Below, piece after piece: positions 1-13,620 of a DNA stretch of 64,000 nt (position 1 is its first letter; every line of letters begins with the position of its first letter). Both the position numbers and the translations under genes were made by a program. Source of the DNA: Nymphaea colorata (taxonomy: Eukaryota); NCBI RefSeq assembly GCF_008831285.2, contig NC_045138.2, forward strand, positions 31,062,001 through 31,126,000, given 5' to 3'. The notes below the pieces were generated by a model. It was not told where the DNA came from. It did no database searches and saw nothing but the letters and a program-made list of their open reading frames with translations.

Positions 1-2290
1 TGCTGAGGTGCGTGTGGGTGAACGGGCCCATCATAGTGGGGGCGGGTCCGTCGGGGCTGGCGACGGCGGCGTCGCTGGGGCAGCTGGGGGTGCCGTGCGT
101 GGTGCTCGACCGCTCCGACCGCATCGCGTCGCTGTGGCACTACCGGACCTACGACCGGCTGAAGCTGCACCTGCCCAAGCAGTTCTGTCAGCTCCCCTTC
201 CTCCCCTTCCCTCCCCACTTCCCCGACTACCCTTCCAAGCACCAGTTCCTCTCCTACGTCAACTCCTACGCCTCCCGCTTCAACATCCGCCCCAGGTTCA
301 ACCAGTCCGTCCAGTCCGCCCGCTTCGACCCCCTCTGCAGCCTCTGGCGTCTCCGAACCCTTGACCTCTCCTCCCCTGACTCCAAAAGCACCGTCGAGTA
401 CATCTCCCGCTGGCTTATCGTCGCCTCCGGCGAGAACGCCGAGCCCCTGCTCCCTGACATCCCCGGGCTGGAGCAGTTCGCCGGCCCCGTTCTTCATACC
501 AGCGAGTACAAGTCGGGCGAGGACTTTCGTGGGCAGAGGGTCCTCGTCGTGGGCTGCGGCAATTCCGGCATGGAGGTCAGCTTGGACCTCTGCAACCAAG
601 CCGCTGTCCCTTATATGGTCGTCAGGAATTCTGTACGTTTCCTCCTCCTCCTTCTTCATTGATTTTGTAGAATGCTGTTTGTGTTTTGAGTATGCAACCT
701 CGAACACGTTCATGGGAGTTTTTAATACCTTTTAGTGATGGCAGGAGAGTTTTTCTGGTGGGCGGGTTCTCTTCATTAGAAAGTACTGAAAGTTTGAGGG
801 TTCTCTTCATTATTGTTTTCTTCTTTCTGACGTTTTTGGGTGATTGCATATAGGTGCATGTTTTGCCACGAGAAATACTGGGGTTCTCAACGTTTGGTAT
901 ATCGATGGCGCTTCTCAAATGGCTGCCGCTGAGAGTTGTTGATAAGTTCCTGCTATTATGCGCTCTTGCTACATTTGGGAGCACCAAGAAGCATGGGATT
1001 CCCAGACCCAAGATTGGTCCGCTTGAGCTCAAGAATGTCGCCGGGAAAACCCCAGTTTTGGATGTTGGTGCACTTGCTAAGATCAGAGAAGGGAAAATTA
1101 AGGTCAGTGGTTCATGGGCTTCTTTGCTTTTCCACTTTCTCCAAGACTTTCTTGTGCGTTATTGGGAGTCTTCAGGGTTTAGCAACTTGGAGCCACGTGA
1201 AGTGCTTGATGTTTTCTTCATCTGTGTCCTTTTGATGCTTACAGGTGATGCCTGGAGTGAAGGAGGTCACGTGCCATGGGGCTAAATTTGTGGACGGGCA
1301 GGAGGAGGAGTTTGATTCAGTAGTCTTGGCTACAGGGTACAAGAGCAACGTACCCTCCTGGCTCAAGGTAAGCTTCTGCGTGTATTGTGAAATTCCATTC
1401 GCTTCTGTCTCACAACAACCAGCATGTTACCTCTTTTCTTTCATATTAACTTTTGCCAGCTTTCCCCAAAGGGATAATATTCATAAACTTGGTACTCTTA
1501 TACGGTATCCTTTTTTCTTTTTTCCTTTTTTTTAAATTATTGGTGCTTCTAAACCCTGACTGCTTTGGAAAAGAGAAGATTTGGGCTGCCCATTTGTTGA
1601 GGAAAATCCAAAGAGATGGGTTTTTTCTGTTTGTTGCATCCGCTATGTCTTTTTTCTCTTTATTGAAGGGAAAAGGCAATTGCAGAGATAGAGAGAGAGA
1701 GCCTGAGGTGTCTTACGTTTTATGTCCTTACATGGGAATGCTGCCTATATTTTTTTTTACTATTGGTTCTGCAGAAGGTTGGTCTTTTTTTTGTATCTCT
1801 AATATATGATGCAGAAACTTGAACCGTTTCTTGTTATGTTTGCTTTCGTTTCTTATATTTTATTCCATAAATGCGTTGTTTACCTGCTGCTCTGCCCTTT
1901 ACAAAATAATGATAAATAAATAGTTCCTCCATTCTGCTGCCCAAAGAAATACATATTCTGTACCATATAATCCAAGAAAACGTACCGTTTCCATTGTTCA
2001 TTCTGACTCTTACCTTTGTGTGACTTTATTAATTATTTCAATGCTTTCTGCAGGGCACAGATCATTTCTCAGAAGATGGGATGCCAAAAATGCCATTCCC
2101 CAATGGTTGGAAGGGAGAGCATGGCCTCTACAGCGTGGGGTTCACACGGCGTGGGATTTTGGGTGCGTGTGCGGATGCCTCAAGCATAGCACGCGACATA
2201 GCCCTTCAATGGAGGACTCCTGCAACCGAGCCCACCCGCTTCATTGTCTCCAAAGGATCACCATCACCACCACCACACAGTAGAAACTAA
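1..2290 (+). CDS. YUC: YUCCA indole-3-pyruvate monooxygenase (flavin monooxygenase), YUC1/YUC4-like; start codon lies upstream of the window. Exons <1-632, 854-1102, 1245-1367, 2054-2290
   Basis: FAD-binding [28 protein letters not shown] signature [17 protein letters not shown]-binding [21 protein letters not shown] and C-terminal [17 protein letters not shown]. Three phase-0 GT-AG introns join ORFs 12..662, 854.., 1245.. and 2081.. in frame. Clade assignment is from recalled motif similarity. Confidence 0.95.
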
Positions 2291-3344
2291 ACCAATCCCT
2301 CCCCTTCTCCCCTCTCTCTGTCACAAACAGATGCTGTGTGTTGTTTTCCTTTTCTCAAGCTCCTTTTGGAGCGTTTCCGACAAGAAAAGCTTCGCCGCTA
2401 ATGTGAAGATCTTGTGCTCACTGTAGATAATAGTCAATTTTGCATGGGATCTTTTGCCTTGTTTCTGTAATCCGTTCCTCTTTCTTGTGATTGTTCCCTG
2501 TATTTCTTTAATTTCTCTCAGAAAAGGGCCGGGCTTTTAATATACATGTATACACTTGTTATGATGATTGAGAAAAATACTGTGGAGGGGGTTTGGTGGC
2601 ATAGTAACATCCCATCTTTGGACGGCTGACTGCTGCTGCCGCTGCTTTTTCTTTTACGCATCAAAAGGTGGTGGCAGGAAGAGCTCTAGGCACGAGACGC
2701 CATGCACTGGTCAAGCTCAGGGACGGGAAAAAGAGGCATTCATTGCTATTAATTCCCCCCACCACTGGCAGAATCAGAATCTGGCGTTATTCTGGGTCTC
2801 TTGGGGAGGAGCTGCAGAAATTCCCTTGGATTCTTTCCTCTGCCCTTTTTGTTGCTTTCTTGCTTCAACGTAACTTTTCTCCACGTTATCATGTTCAAAC
2901 TTAAACGTCGACGGGGAGAGAGATGGAAGAAGCGTTCATCGTTTGCGTCCATTAATGACTCCCACTTCCACCTAGCAGTTAATGGGTCCAAATACAAAGA
3001 GGATAAGACTCAGTAGGTAAGCGAAGCAGCGAGAAAATTGACCACTCTTGGCTATTTCTTGTGATGTGCACAATCAGTGACACGCATGCTTTGGAGTGTT
3101 CAATCCCAACAGTGCCTTCGTGTTCCGAGGCAAATACGGGTAGATGTGCATTGTTAGTATGCAGTAAATATTTATTTAAATTTTAACTTACTCTTTTGTT
3201 TAAGGCCGACGCACATAGGTTTTTTACAATCCATATCTACAACGTTAATTGATCTGTATTCATGGACAAGGAAATGAGACTATCTCATCTGCTGCTGTCT
3301 GTTCTAGTGTTCTGCAATAAAGACTGTAAACGGGCACATCTACC

Positions 3345-3423
3345 ATACCTTGTGTCATTTGGCTAGTGTAGCATCTCCTGCTACTCATTGATACTTTGTG
3401 TCATTTGGCTATTGTAGCATCTC
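3345..3423. repeat. Short direct duplication (33-bp unit, period 46)
   Basis: atac(c/t)ttgtgtcatttggcta(g/t)tgtagcatctc at 3345 and 3391. Confidence 0.8.
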
Positions 3424-6400
3424 ACTGAGGTGTGTAGTACAGTGAGTAGTGTAATTAGTTGGACTAACAGGTTGGTGAAAGTCTGGTTTTTAATTTGATT
3501 TCTGTGGCTGTTATTTTTCTGAATTACAACTTTGAACCCGAAGCAGGAAAAAAAAAGAGGAAGGGGATTCGGCCACTTCAAGTATCCTCCACCTTCTTTT
3601 TACTTGTCTCTTGCCCATCAAAAGAAGTTCTCTTCACCCCTATCTGTCGACTCTTATGGCAACCATATGTCATTTATCTCGCTAGGTCCAGGGAATCTGA
3701 ATATCTGATCGATAATGTATAAAGGACGTGAAACAAAATGCAACATAACATATATGCAACATGTCTATCCATAGCATGGCATGTGCGCAAGGGAGACGAG
3801 ATCCTTCTGCAAGTCTGTTTTCATAAAGATGACGCCCAGTGCAAGTACTGCCGCTCATGAGTAGTATAATCAATGCACATAGCGGTGAAAGCTTATTGTA
3901 AACATGTTGATGGTAGGGATCCAGGACATCCCTCAGCGCAATTTGGCAGATTAAATAATATTCTCTTCTGTGCATCATGAATTACCACCATCATAATTTG
4001 TTCAACAAAAAATGAGTTTTTTAATCAGCCGTTCCATGAATTCTGCTGGTCATTATACATGGCAGAGACCGCTGCAATACTGAATTTAGAAAATATGAAA
4101 CAAAGAAATCAAGTCACAAGCATTTTAATTGACATTAACAAAGATTAAATTATCATGCACTCAAATACATGGATCCAGATACAGGATAAAAGCATGGATT
4201 TCTCCGTTCGAATTCATAAGAAATTGTGTTTAGCTTCAAACCTATAACTATTGACAAAATGCTTGTCCGATTATCATGGTTTCTTACAGTATCTGATCAT
4301 GCCCAATTAGCATCTAATTTGTCAACATTGCATTTACATGTTATATGACCATGTTCAGTTACTTCTTTTCTTTGCCTGCTGAAAATTAAAACTAATTACA
4401 GACTCGAAAAAGGTTTTCAGTACTTATAGGATTTGGTATTACACCACCTCTAAGATGTAGTAGTACTAGCAAACTCTCCCAAGTCGCCCTGCCATTCAGT
4501 AAATGGCTTTCTTGACATTTTTCTCCGATAAACTACTGTGATCACCACTTGTCAATTCTGCACGGATCCCACAAACTCATCTACATCTATTCACTTTAGG
4601 AGAACCCTATCTTCTTGATTAATGTTGAATCATTCAATTACTCTCCCATTATGAAATCTGCACAATTAAGATAGACAAATCTAAATAGACTTTCCACATG
4701 TACAATAAATTCCGGATATCTTTAGTGGTCTAAAACAAGGAATCTATACAGGTGGGCTTTTGGCTGACAGATAATTAACAATTAGGTGAAGTTTTTTTTC
4801 ATAGAGGAGGGGGGAGACCGCAGTTGGCAAGTATGATACTTGTGTACTCTCATTGAGACTGATCACGAAAAAACTACTGATGTTGTGAGTATATTTAACA
4901 TTCCAACCCCTTCACTTACAAATTAAGTGGACAGTGCACGTCCTTAGCACAACATATCTTGGTGTTTGTCGTATTATTAGTAGACCACTTTGACAAGTGC
5001 TTGGGATCTAACATTAAGTCGAAGAGTATTAATTAGATTGCTTTGCTTTGCAATGTGTTAAAGTTGTATCTTAAAGCACCTGTACTCAAGAGGACGATGC
5101 TTTTGTCTCAGAGGACATAGTATGTGAATAAAAAAGTTGTTTTTAAATTTAACAATCAAATGTTGAACATATATAATCACACCATATTTACTGAGAATGT
5201 AAGAATATGATGTTTTTTGTACTGCGTGTTCTCGGAACCTGTGCTGCTTTAAGAATATAACGTTCTTCTTAAGTGGAATTAATTATTAAATGATCCTTTA
5301 GGCGATCATCTAATATTATAGTCATCTAGGATATAAAAATCTCATCTAAACTTAAGAATCGAATTGGTTATCGCTTGTTAGACTATATCTTGTAACATTA
5401 ATACGCAGGGGGTAGTCGTAATTAATGGCTGAGGAGCTTCACACGGCACCCCACGATGACTCTTTTGTGCGGATGTATCGAACTTTGATGGGTCCTGACC
5501 GGTCGCCAAAATCTAAAAGTAAATCTTGCAAGTTAACTTATGTATGGTTCGCACCGCCTACTTAATGCCCCTTGTACCCGGGACCCAGTACGGCGTTGCT
5601 TGTCGGTAGATCATAGGTAGAGAGTGCACGGTCTTCCAGGAATGGAGAAGGGGGAGAAGGTGACGAGTGAGTGGGCGTCATTCCTTGGCTTCTGTGTACA
5701 GAGAATCTGCCAAGAGAGAGGAGAGTGCATGGCAAGTCGAACTCAAGAAGAGAATGCAAAATGTTTCTCGTTTCTTCTGCTGTTGAAGTTCGTGTCTATC
5801 TCCAATGGCGATGACAGCAGAAACGTTACTCGCTTAATATATAGAATAAATGACGGGAGACAGCAGATGGTGATCGAAGCCTACGTCGGCCTTAATTTTT
5901 AGATGCAAATCTCGAGTGGTCGATATTATCGACGGAAAAAATACACTGGGTGTGGTTGTTTACATCCACCTACAAACCATGCAAGCGCCACCGACTAATC
6001 ATAAATCCGAGCTGCAACAATTTGCCATCTGTCTCTCTCATTTTTTAGTGCAACTGCGTTTTCCTTTTCATCATGAACTTACTTTTCTTTTTCAATTTTT
6101 CAAGATTATTGGGAGGAGATATCAGATATGTAATACTACTTCTGGCGGAGACTGGAAGGTCCTTGAACAGTTCAATGCATGTTAAGTGGATCCTACACTG
6201 CTTAGAAATTGATTTTGTTCTTAGCTTAGTTTTTGAAATTAATGAGATGCCTTTTAAGCACATGCATGCTTGATTTATAGCGTTAGTGAGTAAGATACTT
6301 TAAAACCATTGGAAGATGATATGAAGTTATGTGTAGCTTCAATTTTGTCATAGGAGATTAAAGCATCATTTAATGCTGGGAGGCACAGGCTCCTGACCTT

Positions 6401-6830
6401 TATCCGTCAAAGATAATACTTACAGCAAAAAACCAAACAAGATCGGATGCACATCAATTTTGCCAGTAGCATACAAACAAGATGAAGACAATAAATTGTA
6501 AAGCTACTGCAAAAACCAAACAAACAGCAGCCGAAAAACACGTCGGTTTAGCCCCCGTCATCCCACCCATCAAGCTTGCCATATCTATGGAAAATCAAAC
6601 CTGCCGTAAGGGTTGGAGGGACTTTCAAATGGACAGCTTCCGAAAATTCTTCTTTATTTCTTGCCATCTTTCTCTTCTACCAAGAATCCCCTAAGCCTTT
6701 CTTAGTGCTTTTGTTATGTTAATAAACTATTTTCTCTTCTTCTCCATCGGGGTTCCCCTGCAGCCAACTGTTCGACAGCATCATCTCAGTCGAGTCGAGT
6801 CTCTTCTTGTTTCATCCCCTCACAAATTTC

Positions 6831-7298
6831 TGTTGGGATTTCTCCCCATAACACATATACAAAACCAAACGTATATACCCTAAACAGGATCATGTTCATG
6901 CTAAATCATTGAAATAAACGAAACCTTAAACTGAAGCGGAAGCGTACCTGAATCCATCTGATCTGGTGCACGGGAAGATCGCAGCAGGGTCTTCCAAGGT
7001 ACGTGCGGTGCGCGTGAGGTCTCTCTCAGATGGGGAAGAGAAAACCCTAGAAACCAAAAGCAACTGTTCGCACGACCCCAGGGACCACTACCATTATATA
7101 ATGAGGACAATTACGGATTCAACCCATCAAAGAGTCCGTAATTGCGTACTGGTATCTATACATTTCAAAATTACCTCATACCATCTAAAATGACGTAATA
7201 TCCCAAAATGCAATCACTTAAGCGGATATTTACGTTAAGACAGCCATAATGTCTGAAATTCCTCATAGACATATGCCGGCCCACCAAATGATCTTACA
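6831..7298 (-). repeat. 3' LTR of Copia element
   Basis: TG...CA termini; 7 transitions versus 11673-12140 by manual alignment. Confidence 0.95.
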
Positions 7299-7308
7299 AT
7301 CTCCCACT
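7299..7308 (-). other. Polypurine tract (PPT)
   Basis: Reverse complement AGTGGGAGAT directly abuts the 3' LTR. Confidence 0.85.
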
Positions 7309-7691
7309 TGGGCCAAATATGTCTTAATACATTCAGACATTACATAAAACCTTAGGAGCTCATAATTGCTATCTTATAAACGTCATTTTCACCAATCTCG
7401 TCCATGACCATATCAACACAGAACCAAAGCGGCTTTCGCTATAATAAAATTAGCTAAACCTTCAACGATCACAAATGTTAACATAATCAATGACATAGAT
7501 CTGATATGGATGTATAGCATGAGAATTACATGTAATGTGATTACAACATGTCTATTCTCAACTGGTCCAACTTTAAAACCTTATGGAGATCAAAACATAA
7601 ACACAGAATGGAACCAAAGAACTTTAAACTTTATTCTGCAGAAAACTGAATATGTGTCCATACATTAGAGCAAACAAAATACAAACTCCCA

Positions 7692-10350
7692 CTAAACCAG
7701 CACATCATCTAAGGATAACACCCTCATATGAACAACATGTTCATGAAAGACCTTAGGTGTTAAACCCTTAGTAAGCGAATCCGCAATCATAGAGTTTGTC
7801 CCAATGTGCTCTAAAGACACCTGACCATTCTGTATCCTCTCTTTAACATCCAAAAACTTTATGTCGATGTGCTTCGACTTTGACAAACTGCGACTGTTAT
7901 TAGAGTACATAACTGCTGAATTATTGTTACACAATAACCTTAGTGGTATTTCTATACCATACATAATGCGCAGCCTCGTGACAAAATTCTGCAATCACAA
8001 AACCTGATTGAATGTCATTATCTTGGCACCCAGCAAAGTCAGAATCTGAATACCCAATGATCTCCAACTGGTCTGACTTCTTGTATGTGAGCATAAAATC
8101 TTTTGTTCTTTGTAAGTATCTCAATACTCTTTTGGCTGCTTTCCAATTATCCATACCTGGATTACTTAAGTATCTGCCTAACATTCCCACGATAAACGCA
8201 ATATCCGGACAAGTACAAACCTGAGCATACATAAGGCTTCCCACAACAGACGAATAGGGAATCCTTTCCATTTCCTTAGATTCGATTTCACTTTTAGGGC
8301 ACTGTTTGAGACTAAACTTGTCTCCTTTAGCAACTGGAGTATCTCCTGGTTTACAATCCTTCATGTCATATCGCTGAAGCACCTTATCCATGTAGGCCTT
8401 TTGTGATGATCCAAGAATACCCCGAGAACGATCTCGAAACATTTGGATCCCCAATACAAAAGATGCACAACCAAGATCCTTCATGTCAAACTTTGTTGAC
8501 TAAAAATCTTAGTTTCATGCAATATGTCAACATCATTACTTGCCAACAATATATCATCGACATATAAAACCAGAAAGATAAATTTGCCCCCACTGAACTT
8601 TCAGTATACACATTCATCAACCATATTAATTTCGAAACCAAATGAAACTATAACTTGATGAAGTTTGTAATACCATTGACTGGAAAACTTGCTTTAGTCC
8701 ATATATGGATTTCCTTAGTGACACCTTTACTTAATTTTCTTAAGGTTGTTGAGTTTGTTCTTCAGTATGGAGATCGACATCATTGCCTTCTTCTGAATAG
8801 AGAGGACTCAGGTTCCTCTTCAAAAGCAATGCTTCTAACCTGATCACCTCCCCAAACTCAATATCCTCAAAGAAATAGGCATTTTCCTTTTCAAAGAAAG
8901 ACTTATTGAATGGATTATAAATCTTATAACCCCTTAATGTTTGTTCATTTTCCCTTTATACATTCAGTGCAGACATTAAAGTTTGCAAAATCAAGGGACT
9001 CAAGAATTCTTTTTGACATAAGCCTTTATATTCTCTTTTCAGAGATATGTCCTAAGCGTCAATGTCATAACATAGCAGAATTCTCTTTTGGCTAATTTTC
9101 TTTTAGTATCACTAAACGCATGCAAGGTTTCATTATATGAAGCAACCATATCAAGCAAATAAAGGTTATCGCTACTAGACAAAGAACCAGTGGAATTCAA
9201 ATTTGAATACAGAAACTATTTAAATTTATTTCCTCCAAATGAACAATAATAACCAAATTTGTTCAATAAGGAAATAACAACCAAATTCCGTCTAAAGGCG
9301 GTATTACATAAGTTTCTATCAAATTCAAATAACAACCAGTCTTTAACAATAACTCAAAAAATCTGCTATGGCTTCAATCTTCGCCTTCATGTCATCGCCC
9401 TCATAGATGAATCTTTCAGCATCAATTGGCGTCCGACAATTTAGGCAGCCCTGCACAGAAACACTTATGTGAGTAGTAGCAACTGAATCTATCCACAAGT
9501 GCCTTGGTATTGAAATTAAATTAACCTCAGAACAAACCAAAGTAAGAATCGTACCTTTCTTTTCACGCCATGCGTGATACTTAGTACAATCCTTCTTCAT
9601 ATGACCTTCATCCTTGCAAAAGAAGCAGCTTGATTTGCCTTCCTTATGCTTCTTCTGTTTCTTAATGGATGCGTGATCAACTGCAATTTCCTTAATAGCC
9701 TTCCTTTTCTTACTTTTAGGTGTAGTAGCCAAGTGAACACTTTCTATCCTATCATGCTTCAATCTCTCATCTTCTTCCACACAGTGCGAAATGAGCTCAT
9801 TAAGAGTCCATTTCTCCTTCTAACAGTTATAACTAACTTTAAACTGTCCAAACTGTGGTGGAAGAGAAAGAAGAACCATATACACTATAAAGTCTTCGGA
9901 TAACCTCAGACCTAGCGCCTGTAATTTTGAAGCAAGATGAGACATTTCCATGATGTGCTCCCGTATGTTCCCCTTATTTTTATACTTCAGCGTCACAAGT
10001 TTACTCAAAAGAGTGCTTGTTTCAGCCTTTTCATTTTTAGCAAAACGTTTTTCAATCTCTTCAAGGAACGCCTTGGCACTAGCCTTTTCAGTAATAGATC
10101 CCCGAAAATTTTCTGGGATTGATCTCTTCATGATCATTAGACACATGCGGTTTGAGCGTTCCCACCGTTCAAAGTACCGCTTATCCTCATGGGAACTTTG
10201 ATCTGTTGGTTGAGGTGGGCACAACTCCCTAAATGCAAGGTCAAGATCCATACAACCCAGAACAATCATAACAGTTTCTTTCCAGTCCTTAAAATTTGAA
10301 CCATTTAACTCAGGAACAGTACTCAAATTTGCAGATATCATAGAAGCAGA
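7692..10350 (-). pseudogene. Degenerate Copia gag-pol (gag, CCHC knuckle, protease, GAG-pre-integrase, partial RT, partial RNase H)
   Basis: LNGSNFKDWKE...GCMDLDLA (gag); CFFCKDEGHMKKDC knuckle; WIDSVATTH protease; RLGHIS pre-integrase with stops; VLYVDDI and MKDLG..FVLGI (RT); GYSDSDFAG and KHIDIKF..ADSLTK (RNase H). In-frame TAG at 9820-9822, frameshifts and deletions. Confidence 0.92.
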
Positions 10351-11658
10351 ACTCACTGTACAAAGAACAACAAAAATACCAAACATGCTCACAATCAATA
10401 CATGTACAAAGATGAAATAACAAATATAAATGAATTTAAATACAATGGCCTGAATCCCATCACAAGGTACCGGTGCAACGTTAATATCCAATCTTTGGAT
10501 TGAAATACTAACTGCAAGTGGTATTCTTGGTCAACAATGAATATAAATAATTAACCCTGTCAAACAACGAGCCTATCTTTGGATTGACTCGCTATTCACA
10601 TGAAAACCTGAAAAATTATCATATATTCATTGCCCTGTATACTTAAACCTGACCAAACAACAATCCTCCTTTGGGCTGATCATTGTCCGCATGGATCAAG
10701 TATACTATCATCTAATGTTTAAAACAAGCAAATTCGTACAACAGAGGTCACTTTGGCGACATAAAATACAAACTTACTCATTTAAAACAACAGACATGGC
10801 CAAAGTTCAAATTCACATTCCAAACATTCATCTAAAGTACACCCATAATTTTAATAACATGCAAAACATGATACATGAATTAAAATTTACATACAAAATT
10901 TGTCATTCATTGAATCCAAAACCTGATGCATAAACCAAATTAGTCCTACATTAAATCCAAAACCAAATGATTCAATGATATGGGCCCAAAAGAGTCCAAA
11001 ATTTTATAAACCGATACCATAATTGTGCTTAAGTGGGTCAAGAACCACTGAATCGGCCTTAAAGTGGCCCTTATCGTTCTTAAACCGCAACTATAACACC
11101 CACATGCCCCTAAATAGAGCTGAACCGGTCAAAAAAAAAATTGGACAAACCGGTCAAAAATAGACCGTATCGGTTCTAAAACCCACTGAACCGGTTAAAA
11201 TTGGCTAAAAAACGGTTCAAAAACTGAATGAACTGGTCCTGAAAGCCCTTAATCGGTCTAAATATCAAGTGAACCGGTCTGAAAATGCCCGAATCGGTTC
11301 AAAAATCAACTTAATCGGTTCTGGAATGCTAGAATCGATTCCAAAACTGAATGAACGGGTTCGAGTCTTTTCCAAAATCGGTTTTTAAAAAAAAGTGAAC
11401 CGATTTACTTAAAGCGGACCCGACCCGGTCCGAAAAATAAAACGCAGGGGCTCGGGCGCGAGGCGGGAAAAGTTTTTTTTTTTTTTTTTTAAACTCATGG
11501 ACCCGGATCGGGTCTGTCAAGACCCGACCCGGTCTGACCCGCCCGCTCGACCGCGCGAGCGGTCGCAGGCGTCGCCTCCACCGCTCGCCTGTCGAACGGC
11601 AGGCGGGCGGTGAACCTCCATATCATCTAAAAATTCAACGATTTAACGAAGAACATAG

Positions 11659-11670
11659 GCTCTGATACCA
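11659..11670 (-). other. Primer-binding site (tRNA-iMet)
   Basis: Reverse complement TGGTATCAGAGC, 2 nt inside the 5' LTR. Confidence 0.92.
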
Positions 11671-11672
11671 AA

Positions 11673-12140
11673 TATTGGGATTTCTCCCCATAACGCATAT
11701 ACAAAACCAAACGTATATACCCTAAACAGGATCATGCTCATGCTAAATCATTGAAATAAACGAAACCTTAAACTGAAGCGGAAGCGTACCTGAATCCATC
11801 TGATCTGGTGCACGGGAAAATCGCAGCAGGGTCTTCCAAGGTACGTGCGGTGCGCGTGAGGTCTCTCTCAGATGGGGAAGAGAAAACCCTAGAAACCAAA
11901 AGCAACTGTTCGCACGACCCCAGGGACCACTACCATTATATAATGAGGACAATTACGGATTCAACCCATCAAAGAGTCCGTAATTACGTACTGGTATCTA
12001 TACATTTCAAAATTACCCCATACTATCTAAAATGACGTAATATCCCAAAATGCAATCACTTAAGCGGATATTTACGTTAAGACAGCCATAATGTCTGAAA
12101 TTCCTCATAGACATATGCCGGCCCACCAAATGATCTTACA
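11673..12140 (-). repeat. 5' LTR of Copia element
   Basis: Near-identical to 6831-7298; followed by TSD ATTTC. Confidence 0.95.
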
Positions 12141-12805
12141 ATTTCCACTACAAATCTTCCTTCCCTGGATCACACCCGATAGAGATTACCATCCTTCCCT
12201 TCCCTCTTCTTATGGGAACTAGCTGGATCACATTGAGGTCGGTTTCTATTTGCTCATTCACGTTACAGATCACGCATATGTTCACCCAAATATTCATCAG
12301 CAGTCATTCATTTGACTTCTACTTGATACTTTTGAAGCTGTCAATGCATGTTTTCCACATTGAGTGTTTTATCCCTCTCATTGGAAGTGCCTCAACAAAT
12401 TCCTTGTTCTCCATAGTTGTCATGCTACCAGTTGGAAAGCTATTGACCAACATCTACGATCGGCCACCTTAAATTCGAAGACGACTTCTGCACCATAGAT
12501 TTGGATCTCAAAAAAAAGCAGCAATTGGACAGGGAACCAAGATTTGTCCAGCTCAAACAAATCTGTAACTACCAAGGATAAAATAAGTGAGAAAATCAAT
12601 GTAGATACTATCAACTACAATGAGAAAAAATCAAGGGAAGGAGGTTACGCACCTTCCCCAACTCTTGTAACCCATTTCAAATAGGAGACTGGGACCTCCT
12701 ATCAGTGAGAGTTGAAATGGGAGAGAACACCATGGATGTAGGGGTAAAGTCTGAACCACGTTAAAATATTTCTGTTCCCTTTTTCGTTTTTATCACGTCA
12801 CAACA

Positions 12806-13620
12806 TGGTATCGGAGCTGGTCTCACAACATTGGTGTATGGAACCTCCTATCTCCGTTTTTCTCATTTGCTCGTAGATTCCCATGGCTACCAATCCTGGG
12901 TGGAGCTTCTACTGGACAGCTGAGTGCTCTTCTCCAAGCGCATAGTAATCTGCCATATTTTCTCTGTGTCGAACTTACCGTAGAAAGCTATATACTTTGG
13001 GAATCTCAGTTCACGCCTCTTCTCATGTCATATGATTTATATGGTTTCATTCATGGATCTAAGGAATGTCCTCAAAAATATTTATCTGATGGTGATAGAT
13101 AGCACAAAAAATAAATCTTATGTACTACGGTTTCGGCAAGACTAGCTTCTATTAAGCTGGATTATTTCTTCTCTAACGGAACCCTTACATACTCGGATTG
13201 TTGGTCTAAAAACATCTCGTGAAGTCTAGACAAATTTGAAAAATATATATGCTGCTCTTCCTCGTTCTAAGGTTCTTCAACTTAAAGAGCAACTTCAGAA
13301 ACTTAGAAAAGAAAATTTGTCTGTTGATTATTATTTTCAGAAAGCACGCATGATTGGCTATCAGCATGCAGTGGCAACTAAGCCGGTTGACCACGATGAC
13401 ATGGTATAATGCATAGTCTTAAGAGGTTTGCCATTTGAATATGAATCTTTCAAAACTTCTGTTACCACCAGAAATGAAAGCACCTCACTTACGGAACTCC
13501 ACAGCCTATTGCTTATCCAAGAAGCCCAGTTGCAAGACCAAGAGAAAATATCCGAAAGTCTATCACCCGCTTCTCACTTTTCACCTGTTCAATCTTATGA
13601 CAATAGAGATAGGAACAACA
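12806..13620 (+). mobile_element. Old Copia (Ale/Retrofit-like) relic: PBS-Met plus degenerate gag
   Basis: ...AACA|TGGTATCGGAGC at 12806; gag-like peptides YILWESQFTPLLMSYDLYGFIHGSKECP, LLLSWIISSLTE and LPFEYESFKTSVTTR..SLTELHSLLLIQE with stops and frameshifts. Upstream LTR boundary not resolved. Confidence 0.75.

Larger units (their letters stand above)
6831..12140 (-). mobile_element. Ty1/Copia LTR retrotransposon, both LTRs intact, pol internally deleted (non-autonomous), 5310 bp
   Basis: Two 468-bp direct repeats (6831-7298, 11673-12140); 5-bp TSD ATTTC at 6826-6830 and 12141-12145; PBS and PPT in minus orientation; gag, protease, RT and RNase H relics in Copia order. Confidence 0.97.

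Noticed and set aside
2713..2730. miR390-like start (aagctcagg)
   Set aside because: The match stops after 9 nt; no hairpin.
5672..5740. miR169-like words (gtcattccttggct, ggcaagtc)
   Set aside because: Only partial matches and no complementary arm to form a precursor hairpin.
6901..7193. Duplicated small ORFs (also at 11743-12035)
   Set aside because: They lie within the LTRs and are duplicated only for that reason.
12141..12620. Older Gypsy integrase/chromodomain relic interrupted by the Copia insertion (HVFHI-like peptide)
   Set aside because: Similarity is limited to a few residues; needs a profile search.
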